The notes under the pieces were generated by a model. It was not told the DNA's origin and made no database searches. It saw only the letters and a list, made by a program, of their open reading frames with translations. A program made the translations under genes and the position numbers. Below, one piece after another: positions 10,143 to 18,522 of a DNA stretch of 44,412 nt. Every line of letters starts with the position of its first letter. Position 1 is the stretch's first letter. Source of the DNA: Spirochaetota bacterium (lineage in GTDB: Bacteria > Spirochaetota > UBA4802 > UBA5550); NCBI GenBank assembly GCA_045600925.1, contig JAZRYV010000122.1, positions 1 through 44,412 on the forward strand. The letters are read 5' to 3'.

Positions 10143-13100
10143 TCATTCCATAGGTTTGATTGTGGACTCGATAAAGGCGATTTCTTCGGATGTTAAACCG
10201 TATTTAGCATACAGTTGAGCATCTATTTCGTTAATATCAAAACCGTATTTTTCTTTTGCAACAGAATCAATTTGAGTAATAGATTTCGACCAATCAATGT
10301 CAATAGATTCTTTTGAAAAATCCAATTTTGGTACATACTGGAAGCTGCTTTCCGAAAAAAGAATGCCAGACAATGTAGATAATATTAAAAATCTTGTAAA
10401 CTTAGTTTTATAATAATTACAACAATTATCTGCCTCTATTTTTGTGTCGAAATAACCGATTATCATATATGATTCGGTACAAATTTCATCATTTAGCAGG
10501 ATGTTTGGTGTTGTAATAACTCTATATGATGATGTAAAATCTTTCACCTTGATTTCTCCATTACTTGGTCGTAAAATTCCAATTCTCACTTTGTATGTTT
10601 CTGCAAGATTATTGTTTTTGGTTATTTCATCGGAAGAGACATATCCAACACCTTCACTGTGAAACAGTTTAAAGCATCCGGGGAAAACACTCTTCTTGCC
10701 TCTTGCGTATGTTCTAAACCCAAAAGGTTTTGATGTCAATATCAAACTCTCCATCGTATCTAAAGATTCCCTTGCTTTTTCAAGAATAGAAACCGCTGAA
10801 TTATAACGAATAACTATAGGATACTGATTCAGTTTCCTGTTGATATTTGAAAAGACCCCATTGTTATGATTAAAAAATGCACACTCGCCTACATATTGTT
10901 TATTCCAAACAAAAAACGAAACACCTCCGGCAATATTTACTGAATTTGCAAAACATTCTGTACTATCTGTAAAATCATCAATGCGAGATATATGACCTTC
11001 GTTAATAAATGCGCTACGAAAACTGTTAAATTTACTACTTGAATACCAACTTGCTTTCGTAATCATCGATACATATTGTTTAGTTAGTGCTGTGCCAGTT
11101 AATATGAATTTTTCAAATATGGACGAACCTCCTATCTCATAACCACCGCCGCCTGCGGTATCTTGATACGGCGGATTTCCTACCACAACATCAAAAATCA
11201 CTTTCTCATCTCCTTCGCCGATTTCATCGTAAATAGTAATTTCATTAAACGGCTTGTTCTGTGTCAGGATTGCACAAATTTTTTCAAAGTCTATTTCTTT
11301 TGTGTTTTGACCTGTTTTTTTGCCTTTAGTATATTTCTTCTTTATTTTCAGCAGGTCATAATCGTTAAACTTGTCGGCGATATTTTCTACATTCAAGCCC
11401 AAAATCTCATAAATCATACGGGTAAACTCGTATGTGAGACCGGATGTTGGGATCGTATAAATCGTACCTTTGATTTGGTCAAGGCTATAGCCGAGCCTCT
11501 TGAAACGCTCGAAAACTGCAAGAGCGAATTCTCCGGCTTTTCCTGCAATATCAAGAATCTTATGACCGTTTTTAATTACACCAGTAAATCCTTCATCCGG
11601 CACAAGAGCGACCATCTCATCACAAATCTTCTTTGGGGTGATTACTTCCGATTCACCAAGTTTTCCGAACTTTTGAACAGCAATGGTCGCTCTTTCAAAC
11701 GGGTTGACGGACGTGTCATTAGAAAGCTTGTTGAGGTTGTGAATCTTATAATCAAGCTTTCGCAGGGTAAATTTGTTGATATTATTTTGAATACTTTCCA
11801 GCACCGGTTTGGAAATGCCGATATGCTTTGCGATTCTGGCATTATCCTCTGTTTCTATCATGGAGATAATACCTTCAAGGGAAATAACGGTATCTCTGGT
11901 CAGAAATGCGAAAAACAAAATTCTTGCATAATATGAACGAAACTGCTTTGCAGGATCGTTTTTCTTTTTCTCATCGTTTGTTCCGCCAGCTGTATCTGTT
12001 CCATCGGTTTCATCTCCGGGCTCATGAGTTCCATCACCACCCGCAGCGCCATCGTCACCGACGTCGCCTCCGGTATCCATATCAGTCCCGTCGCCTTCGG
12101 TTGCTTTAATAGTAAGACCGGCTTTTGAGCCAAGTTCGTTTTCTCTTTCAATGGCACGGCGAATAACGGCAATCTTCATAAGCGAAAGATCAACTGGAAT
12201 CTCAAGAGTTTCTTCCGCTACGCCACGTGATTTGGAATACTCACTGACTGCGTTCAGAATATCCGCTGCCTGCACTTCCTCCATTTTATCACTGTTCATA
12301 ACGATAATCGGAGAAATACGCAGTTCCTCTTTCAGCCGTTCTTCCAGTCTGCTGTTCCCGGCATCGTCCACATTGACATTGTAAATCTGTGCTTTCTGTT
12401 CCTGCATGGAGAACATTCTACCGGGCATAAAGTCCACAAGAAGCGTCTGTGGCTTCATATTGTACTTGATTACATTGCCATTATCGTCAATGTACTTTTT
12501 GATATACTGATTCTGCAAACGGAAAATCGCCTGATCGTATTCCTGCGGAGAAGCGGTATCTTTCAAGAAGAGCATCGTATCCCACTCTTCTACTGTGCTG
12601 CCGGTCAGCATACGGTTTACGGTGAGCGTCAGAGTCTTTTTGCCTTCCTCTTCGCAACGATGAATAAAACTTTTGATTTTCTGAGGATAGCCCAATTTTC
12701 TCGGGACATCGAGCCCGGAGATGTTTACGATCTCGTAGTCGTTCAGATTCTTGAACTTATCGGGATTGCTGCGAATCAGCTCTTCCATTGCGTCACAGGA
12801 GGCACAATAAGGCAACACCATAACGATATGGCGGCACATATTACCGTCTTTGATTTTGTTATAGTCAAGAAATCCGAGAAGTTCGTCATCTTCTTTGCTT
12901 CCGTCGATGACTTCAAGCAGATCGAGGACTTCCTGTTCATAGACAAACTTTTTGTGACTGCCGTCATCCGCTCTTTTTACAGATTTCGGTTTTAACAGAG
13001 CTGAAAAGGCAAAGGAAACACCGCTTTCTTTTAACTCTTTCAGACGCCGACGAGAAGATTCATTGGGGTTAAAGGCAAAACGAATCATCTGCGGGAAGCC

Positions 13101-14279
13101 GTAATACGGGTTGTCCCACTCTTTTACGTCATCAGACAAAACATGTGCTTTATCCCATGCTTCCTGATCCTTCACGATGTCGGAGAATTGATAAAATGCG
13201 ATAATATCATCTTTCGTGAATTCGCTTCCCATCAAAATGCGGTAGGGTGTACCGGAAAGATGTAGTCTGACTTTCGGCTTCAAAACCCTTTCGATCTGCT
13301 CGTCAGCTTCCGATGCTTCAACAAAATCATCGTTATCCTTTTTGTGATTCTGTGCTTTGATCTCGTCTTTGCCAAGTTCACGAAGCACCTGTCCATATTT
13401 TTCTGCGCGGGCACCAAAGTGCGTCTCATCCACAATCAAAAGGTCTATTTGATTTTCAAAGACTTCTTTGTGCTTTTCTTTGATTTCACCACCCTGCAAA
13501 TCCTGCAAGGTCAGAAAGATCGCAGCCTTTTTACCACCGGTAACCGTTTCTTTGATGGTATTTTCATTTGCCAGAAGCGCATTCCCGTCAATGAAAACAT
13601 AATCCGCAAACTTTGTATGGCTTTCTACGGTCTTTTTCCATTCTTCTTTTACATCGGCTTTGGCTGAGACAATAGCGACAATGTTGGCGCCCATCTCAAC
13701 TGCACAACACATAGAGGTAAACGATTTGCCAAAGCGCATAACGGCATACATCAAAAGATTTTTTCTGCCTGCTGCAACTGCAGTTTTGAAACGGTCTATG
13801 GTATCTTTTTGATTGGGGCGGGGCTCATAACTTTCTGTTCTTGCATAAGTAAATGTTTCGGCAAGGCGGGTTTCGGCGTTATAGAACTGATATTTGCCGC
13901 CATTTTGCTGATAATCCCGTGTGATATCTTCTATTGCTTCAATAATATCACGTGCAGTTGCTTCTTTGAAAAACTCTTTTGAATAATAAACATCCGTGGG
14001 AATGTCTGTCTGCTGCAACCGGATGCGTTTCTTTTCGCTTTCGAGAAAATAATGTATCGCAAAATCACGGAAGTAAACATCACTGTCAACTTTCGCTATT
14101 TCTTCATATTGTTTTTCCAAATCGGGGAAATACTCTTTCCACTCATTTAAGCGAACGGAAACAGGACGATATGTATCACCAATTTTCAGATAGCTCGGAA
14201 CAGTCCCTGTCGTAAAAGCATAGATATGAGGATCAACTCTGCCAACTATGATATTATCAAGCAATGAGATATCTTTCAT
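10143..14279 (-). CDS. Single-polypeptide restriction-modification-like enzyme: T5orf172/GIY-YIG-like domain + SF2 helicase + gamma-class N6-adenine DNA methyltransferase + C-terminal target-recognition-like region (1378 aa)
   Basis: The ORF track gives 10143..14324. I start at ATG 14279 (MKDISLL), 4 nt after the upstream stop. N-terminus: HIYAFTT..YLKIGDTYRPVSVRLNEW..SKEFF (~14025-14252). Helicase: EPRPNQ, MRFGKS (13722-13739), DETH (13419-13430), LSGTPYR. A D/G/T-rich acidic linker spans 11955-12104. Methyltransferase: EVITPKKICDEMV (motif X), ILDIAGKAGEFA (motif I), VVGNPPYQ (NPPY at 11166-11177). About 340 further residues follow, ending ..YGLTSEEIAFIESTIKPME. Confidence 0.85.
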   Translation of the reverse strand: MKDISLLDNIIVGRVDPHIYAFTTGTVPSYLKIGDTYRPVSVRLNEWKEYFPDLEKQYEEIAKVDSDVYFRDFAIHYFLESEKKRIRLQQTDIPTDVYYSKEFFKEATARDIIEAIEDITRDYQQNGGKYQFYNAETRLAETFTYARTESYEPRPNQKDTIDRFKTAVAAGRKNLLMYAVMRFGKSFTSMCCAVEMGANIVAIVSAKADVKEEWKKTVESHTKFADYVFIDGNALLANENTIKETVTGGKKAAIFLTLQDLQGGEIKEKHKEVFENQIDLLIVDETHFGARAEKYGQVLRELGKDEIKAQNHKKDNDDFVEASEADEQIERVLKPKVRLHLSGTPYRILMGSEFTKDDIIAFYQFSDIVKDQEAWDKAHVLSDDVKEWDNPYYGFPQMIRFAFNPNESSRRRLKELKESGVSFAFSALLKPKSVKRADDGSHKKFVYEQEVLDLLEVIDGSKEDDELLGFLDYNKIKDGNMCRHIVMVLPYCASCDAMEELIRSNPDKFKNLNDYEIVNISGLDVPRKLGYPQKIKSFIHRCEEEGKKTLTLTVNRMLTGSTVEEWDTMLFLKDTASPQEYDQAIFRLQNQYIKKYIDDNGNVIKYNMKPQTLLVDFMPGRMFSMQEQKAQIYNVNVDDAGNSRLEERLKEELRISPIIVMNSDKMEEVQAADILNAVSEYSKSRGVAEETLEIPVDLSLMKIAVIRRAIERENELGSKAGLTIKATEGDGTDMDTGGDVGDDGAAGGDGTHEPGDETDGTDTAGGTNDEKKKNDPAKQFRSYYARILFFAFLTRDTVISLEGIISMIETEDNARIAKHIGISKPVLESIQNNINKFTLRKLDYKIHNLNKLSNDTSVNPFERATIAVQKFGKLGESEVITPKKICDEMVALVPDEGFTGVIKNGHKILDIAGKAGEFALAVFERFKRLGYSLDQIKGTIYTIPTSGLTYEFTRMIYEILGLNVENIADKFNDYDLLKIKKKYTKGKKTGQNTKEIDFEKICAILTQNKPFNEITIYDEIGEGDEKVIFDVVVGNPPYQDTAGGGGYEIGGSSIFEKFILTGTALTKQYVSMITKASWYSSSKFNSFRSAFINEGHISRIDDFTDSTECFANSVNIAGGVSFFVWNKQYVGECAFFNHNNGVFSNINRKLNQYPIVIRYNSAVSILEKARESLDTMESLILTSKPFGFRTYARGKKSVFPGCFKLFHSEGVGYVSSDEITKNNNLAETYKVRIGILRPSNGEIKVKDFTSSYRVITTPNILLNDEICTESYMIIGYFDTKIEADNCCNYYKTKFTRFLILSTLSGILFSESSFQYVPKLDFSKESIDIDWSKSITQIDSVAKEKYGFDINEIDAQLYAKYGLTSEEIAFIESTIKPME

Positions 14280-14283
14280 ATAA

Positions 14284-15276
14284 TCACTTCCTGTTAATTC
14301 TTTTCCTCTTAAGCAGATCAACAAATTTTACTGTTTTATTTTCTTTCCAGTCTTTAATTCTACAGTAAATACCCGTATGAGCATAGGGATCATTTTTAGT
14401 ACACCCTTTGCATGGCTCCTTTTTTGTCTCTGTGTCAAACAGACTAATCTGGTCCGGTTCCTTCTCCTTGCAGCTTTCTGGAACAACAAATTTCAGGCCA
14501 TCCATTTGCCATATATTCCATGATATAATCGTTGCTATCTCTTTGAGATGTTCTTTAATGGGGAATACACCAAACTTGTTTTCGTAATAATCTATAAAAG
14601 TAAACAGCAGATTTTCTCTTGCAAGCAGAACATTATCGCCCTGCCATTCAAAGCCATATATACTTTGAAATGCCCTTTTCACCCAAAAATACCATTCTTG
14701 TTCATCATCTATATTTTCGGAAACAACCCTGAGCTTTCTGTCAAGAAGACCGATCCTGCGTTTAATCTCTATTACTTCACCTGTCACAGCATCATATCTG
14801 CTTACAAGATACGGGGCTTCACCGCAGGTGATTTCAAGACGAGTATCATCAATATAATCCTGCCAGGTTTTCCCCGATGGTGCAGGAAACGGAACTTTTT
14901 CTGCTGATTCAGTCCATGTTTTATCATGTTCAACATTGAACATCCCTTCCGACTCGAACCAGGCGTTATCTACCAAATTATTTTGTGCATTACAAATCCA
15001 CGAAGGAGTAAACACTTCCGCCTTTTTTCGAATACGTTCTGCCTGTTCTTTTTGTGATTTTTCCGTTCTTGGCTTTATAACATTTCCATTATATCCGGTG
15101 ATGCTTTGAATTGTTATTTGATCCTGAAAATGATAGCCAAAACCACGATCTGAGTAATTATCAGTTGCCCAGATTATGTTTTGTTTTGAAGAATGATCTT
15201 GAAGCAGAATAGAAAGAAGCTCTCTGTCAAGCTTGTATATGTAGTTTTCTTTGATATCTATTAAATTCTTAGCCAT
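14284..15276 (-). CDS. Partner protein: truncated gamma-methyltransferase-like fold with a degenerate motif IV and a C-terminal Cys4 cluster. Function unknown.
   Basis: 330 aa. AEVFTPSWICNAQ (motif X-like, 14998-15018). LEITCGEAPYL (resembles TaqI-type motif I LEPACAHGPFL, 14806-14838). IYGFEWQGDNVLLARENL (motif II-like). NIWQMDGL (motif III-like). NDPY sits where NPPY is expected (14383-14394). The protein ends 32 aa later. Cysteines at residues 269/289/292/305 follow C-x19-C-x2-C-x12-C. The stop is 4 nt from the downstream start. Confidence 0.6.
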   Translation of the reverse strand: MAKNLIDIKENYIYKLDRELLSILLQDHSSKQNIIWATDNYSDRGFGYHFQDQITIQSITGYNGNVIKPRTEKSQKEQAERIRKKAEVFTPSWICNAQNNLVDNAWFESEGMFNVEHDKTWTESAEKVPFPAPSGKTWQDYIDDTRLEITCGEAPYLVSRYDAVTGEVIEIKRRIGLLDRKLRVVSENIDDEQEWYFWVKRAFQSIYGFEWQGDNVLLARENLLFTFIDYYENKFGVFPIKEHLKEIATIISWNIWQMDGLKFVVPESCKEKEPDQISLFDTETKKEPCKGCTKNDPYAHTGIYCRIKDWKENKTVKFVDLLKRKRINRK

Positions 15277-15305
15277 ATTTTATTATCTAAAAAGAAAGAC
15301 TTCAT

Positions 15306-15333
15306 AAAAGACCCCGGGAAGCGGGTCCTTTTT
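15306..15333. terminator. GC-rich hairpin with flanking A/T runs (bidirectional terminator or attenuator) just upstream of the restriction-like operon
   Basis: GACCC-(8 nt)-GGGTC, flanked by AAAA upstream and CTTTTTATTT downstream. It lies about 30 nt upstream (minus sense) of ATG 15276. Confidence 0.4.
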
Positions 15334-15469
15334 ATTTCATAATTAGGGTCTGAACAGAACAGCCATTCCTCCATATGGGGGAATAATAAGACCTGGTGTA
15401 GATATGATAATTATTGTCCGCATGGAAATCATTTTCCATCAGATTTTCCATCGTTACTATACCTGTCAT
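15332..15469 (-). CDS. Unlisted 45-aa small ORF (MTGIVTMENLMENDFHADNNYHIYTRSYYSPIWRNGCSVQTLIMK), hypothetical
   Basis: My own translation. The ATG at 15469 is preceded by AAGGAGAG with a 6-nt spacer. The TAA stop at 15332-15334 abuts the hairpin. I recognise no motif. Confidence 0.25.
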   Translation of the reverse strand: MTGIVTMENLMENDFHADNNYHIYTRSYYSPIWRNGCSVQTLIMK

Positions 15470-15609
15470 CCTACTCTCCTTATAACACATATTCAGGCAA
15501 TGTCAAGAAAAGAAAAAGCCTGTATAAGGAATACATAAATGAAGGCTGAATTTTTAAAAATTTCTTTTTTATGAAGTTTCAGACCTCTTAAGTCTGAACA
15601 CCGGCAGAT

Positions 15610-16305
15610 TTATTCCCCGGAGGCACCGGCTCTCTGACGGACCAGAAGCCTTCGCCAGTTTACGAACCCGTAGAGATCATTCATCAGAAATATCACAAAG
15701 CAGAAAATCATTGGAGCATAAACAGGATCTTCTGCTGCAGCCAGAATCCACAGCAGAATAAGAACAGCATCATTGGATGCATAGGCTGCTGCGTAGTAAA
15801 CGGATCTGAGACATACAAAACCTGCACCAAGAAAACTGGTGGCAACAGAGACGGAAGACAGTACAAGATTAGGGGTGTCCAGATACTTCAGCAGAAAATA
15901 AAAAAATACTGTCACAGGAACTGTAAGAAGAAACAGAATAACACATGCCTTTCTGCCCGGAACTGCTATTTCCACCTGATTTTTCTTTTCAGAGGGATGC
16001 CTGAGCCAGATAATGCCGGAGATAACCGCACTGGGAAGGCTCATGAGCAGAAAGGTCGCCATCTCTCCGTAATACCTGTACCGGAAGGAAATCCAGGCAT
16101 ACATAAGACAGAACAGAGCCATGAGGAACTGGCCGGCAGGATTTGCCCGTGCAATAAAAATAAGGGAAGTGGCACCGGTAATCACTGCAGCAAGGGTCAA
16201 AGGATACTGATCCGGCATAAGGAAGAAAACAATAGAAACACCAGTTATGGAAAAAATCCACAGCCCCAGCTCAAAACCGGTAAAGGAAGATAAAAATCCT
16301 TTCAT
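15610..16305 (-). CDS. pnuC: PnuC-like nicotinamide riboside/NMN transporter family protein
   Basis: 231 aa, about 7 hydrophobic segments. Family-like blocks as I recall the consensus: SFRYRYYGEM, YYAAAYASNDAVLILLWI, FLMNDLYGFVNW. Confidence 0.65.
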   Translation of the reverse strand: MKGFLSSFTGFELGLWIFSITGVSIVFFLMPDQYPLTLAAVITGATSLIFIARANPAGQFLMALFCLMYAWISFRYRYYGEMATFLLMSLPSAVISGIIWLRHPSEKKNQVEIAVPGRKACVILFLLTVPVTVFFYFLLKYLDTPNLVLSSVSVATSFLGAGFVCLRSVYYAAAYASNDAVLILLWILAAAEDPVYAPMIFCFVIFLMNDLYGFVNWRRLLVRQRAGASGE

Positions 16306-16319
16306 AAAAACCTGTAAAT

Positions 16320-16339
16320 AAGGTCCGTTTCCGGACCTT
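16320..16339 (-). terminator. Hairpin between the ccmF stop and the pnuC start (weak terminator or processing site)
   Basis: AAGGTCCG-TTTC-CGGACCTT, an 8-bp stem. The T-run on the minus strand is not immediately adjacent. Confidence 0.35.
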
Positions 16340-16356
16340 ATGAATTTTCGGAAAAA

Positions 16357-18522
16357 TCAGGACTGTTTCCCGCTTTTCCTCATAGTCAGAGCAAGAACTC
16401 CTCCTGCCACAATGAGGACAGTTCCGGCCCAGACAAACCAGATCAGATGTTTGACAGACACATCAACAAGCACAGTATCCGCAGGGATTCTGGAGTCCTT
16501 TCCAGGTTCTACAAAAAGACTGACTGTTTTTTCTCCCGGATCAAAGCCTTCCATAAAAATCTGCCTGCCTTCAAAAAGACCAGGCAGAGGCTGACGTTTC
16601 CCGTTTTCAAAAATGAAACCTGTTTTCACCCTTTTCCCGTTAACAAGAAGCTCTGCAAAAACTGAAGGGTTTTCCGACATCATTCCGGCTGTGGACAGAT
16701 CCCTGTATTCCACATTAAGACCGCAGACTGACCTCTTTTCTCCTTTTGAAAGAGAAACCCTGGACATCATTTCTTTACCGGAAGTGTACTCCTCTGCAGA
16801 AATATAAATATCACCTGATATGCCGGATGAAATATAGGGAGCTCTGTACAGTCCGCCGCCTTTTCCGCTCATAAAATAAGGACAGCTGAATTCTTTCACA
16901 GCGGAACCATTTTCCATCCGAAAAGAGATGGATGATTCTCTGCCTTCATTAAATTTTACAAAAGTCAGAGTTACAGGTCCAAGCTGGTCAGCATGTCCCT
17001 GAACAAGTCTTGCACTGAAAGTCTCTGTATAAAAACCAGAGGCTATGCAGCCTGCAGCAAAAAGAGCAGTCCCGCAGTGTGCCAGTCTGGACGGAAACAG
17101 AGACTTTTTCCGGACAAGGATCAGATCTTCAATGCATCTTACGACAGCAAAGAAAGATACAAGTGTAAAAATCCATGCTGTAATGTTTCCGGAAAAAGAA
17201 ATGTTCACTGCTGCAGAACCGGCTGCGGCCAGAATACCGGCTGTTATGTTTTCCTTAACAGAACCTGATCTCATGGAAACTGTTCCCAGTATCATAAAAA
17301 CCAGAATTATCAGTCCGAATGGAATGCTCAGACTGTTGTAGAACTTTGCAGTAACAGATGCCGGATTCCCTGCCAGCCCGGAAAGAATGGGCATGGAGGT
17401 TCCGGTTAAAATTATAAGTCCGAAAATGACCAGAGCTGCACTTCCGTAAAGCGTAAGGCTGTCCCAGGCCCACATCTTTTCTGAAAGGGATTTTCCCCTG
17501 ACTGACGAAATACTTTTCTTTATAAGAGCAGCAGCAAGAACAATGTAAAACAGCAGAAAAAACAGAATGTATCCGGAAACACCCCCTCCTCCGAAGGAAT
17601 GAACAGAGAAATCAGAAAGCACTCCGCTCCGTGTCAGATATGTGCTGTAGAAAACCAGAACCGGATATGCAAATGCAAGAACAAGACCGGTTCTGACAAG
17701 GGCTCCTTTCCTTTTCTGAATAAGCAGTACATGAAGAAGAGCCACAGCTGCCAGCCATGGAATAAGGGAAGAATTTTCCACAGGATCCCAGCCCCAGAAA
17801 CCTCCCCATCCAAGAACAGTGTATGCCCAGTATCCACCCAGAAAAATTCCGGTTCCCAGAGCTGCCACGCTGAAAAGAACCCATTTACAGGAACGATCCA
17901 GCCAGGAGGTATAATCTTTTCTGATGATGCCTGCCGCTGCATAGCCGAAAGGTATTATGGAAGAGGCATAGCCAAGGAAAAGCAGAGGAGGATGAGAGAC
18001 CATCCAGGGGTCTGCCAGAAGCGGATTCATGCCAAGCCCGTCAAATCCTTCAGGAAGGAATTTCCCGGCAGTAAAATCTTCAGGATAAACATCCCATATA
18101 AAACGGAATGGAGATTCTGCAACAAGAAGGAGAAGGATAAAGACCTGCGTGATAATGACCAGGCCAAGAATTATATTCTCAAAGGACCTTTCTGTCCTTG
18201 TAACTGCAAAACCGGCAAGGCTTAAAAACAGAAGCCAAAGGAGGAAACTTCCCTCCTTGCCGGCCCACACTGCTGCCGCCTTGTATGCCACAGGAAGATC
18301 AAAGGATGAATTTTCATAAACATAAAGGAACCGGAAATCATCATTAAGAAAGGACACTGTCAGCAGTAAAAATGAAAAAAGGATCATTATGCCTGCAAGA
18401 TAGAAAATCTGCCTTGCACTTACCATGGAAAGCCTGTTCCCTGAAGCACTCTTTCCGATGAAAAACAGAGACAGACAGGAAAGAATCAGGGCTCCGTACA
18501 GGAGAATATTTCCCATGTTCAT
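16357..18522 (-). CDS. ccmF: Cytochrome c-type biogenesis protein CcmF (heme lyase)
   Basis: Large polytopic protein with the WWD heme-handling motif WGGFWGWDPVENSSLIPW. ATG 18522 (MNMGNIL) overlaps the ccmE stop (TAATG). The ORF-track start at 18555 would overlap ccmE. Confidence 0.9.
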   Translation of the reverse strand: MNMGNILLYGALILSCLSLFFIGKSASGNRLSMVSARQIFYLAGIMILFSFLLLTVSFLNDDFRFLYVYENSSFDLPVAYKAAAVWAGKEGSFLLWLLFLSLAGFAVTRTERSFENIILGLVIITQVFILLLLVAESPFRFIWDVYPEDFTAGKFLPEGFDGLGMNPLLADPWMVSHPPLLFLGYASSIIPFGYAAAGIIRKDYTSWLDRSCKWVLFSVAALGTGIFLGGYWAYTVLGWGGFWGWDPVENSSLIPWLAAVALLHVLLIQKRKGALVRTGLVLAFAYPVLVFYSTYLTRSGVLSDFSVHSFGGGGVSGYILFFLLFYIVLAAALIKKSISSVRGKSLSEKMWAWDSLTLYGSAALVIFGLIILTGTSMPILSGLAGNPASVTAKFYNSLSIPFGLIILVFMILGTVSMRSGSVKENITAGILAAAGSAAVNISFSGNITAWIFTLVSFFAVVRCIEDLILVRKKSLFPSRLAHCGTALFAAGCIASGFYTETFSARLVQGHADQLGPVTLTFVKFNEGRESSISFRMENGSAVKEFSCPYFMSGKGGGLYRAPYISSGISGDIYISAEEYTSGKEMMSRVSLSKGEKRSVCGLNVEYRDLSTAGMMSENPSVFAELLVNGKRVKTGFIFENGKRQPLPGLFEGRQIFMEGFDPGEKTVSLFVEPGKDSRIPADTVLVDVSVKHLIWFVWAGTVLIVAGGVLALTMRKSGKQS

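Noticed and set aside
11163-11936. 257-aa plus-strand ORF inside the restriction-like fusion gene
   Set aside because: It is antisense to a frame carrying contiguous helicase and methyltransferase motifs, including NPPY at 11166-11177. The long open frame is likely a by-product of the A+T-rich sequence, and I see no motifs.
14280-14324. ORF-track 5' extension of the fusion enzyme (MLICLRGKELTGSDY)
   Set aside because: It would overlap the 3' end of the upstream gene by 41 nt. ATG 14279 (MKDISLL) gives a 4-nt intergenic gap, which is typical of coupled genes. The choice remains unverified.
15347-15600. TCTGAACA occurring twice near the right border of the restriction island, as possible insertion-site repeats
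   Set aside because: It is only 8 nt, both copies are on the same side of the island, and there is no counterpart at the left border.
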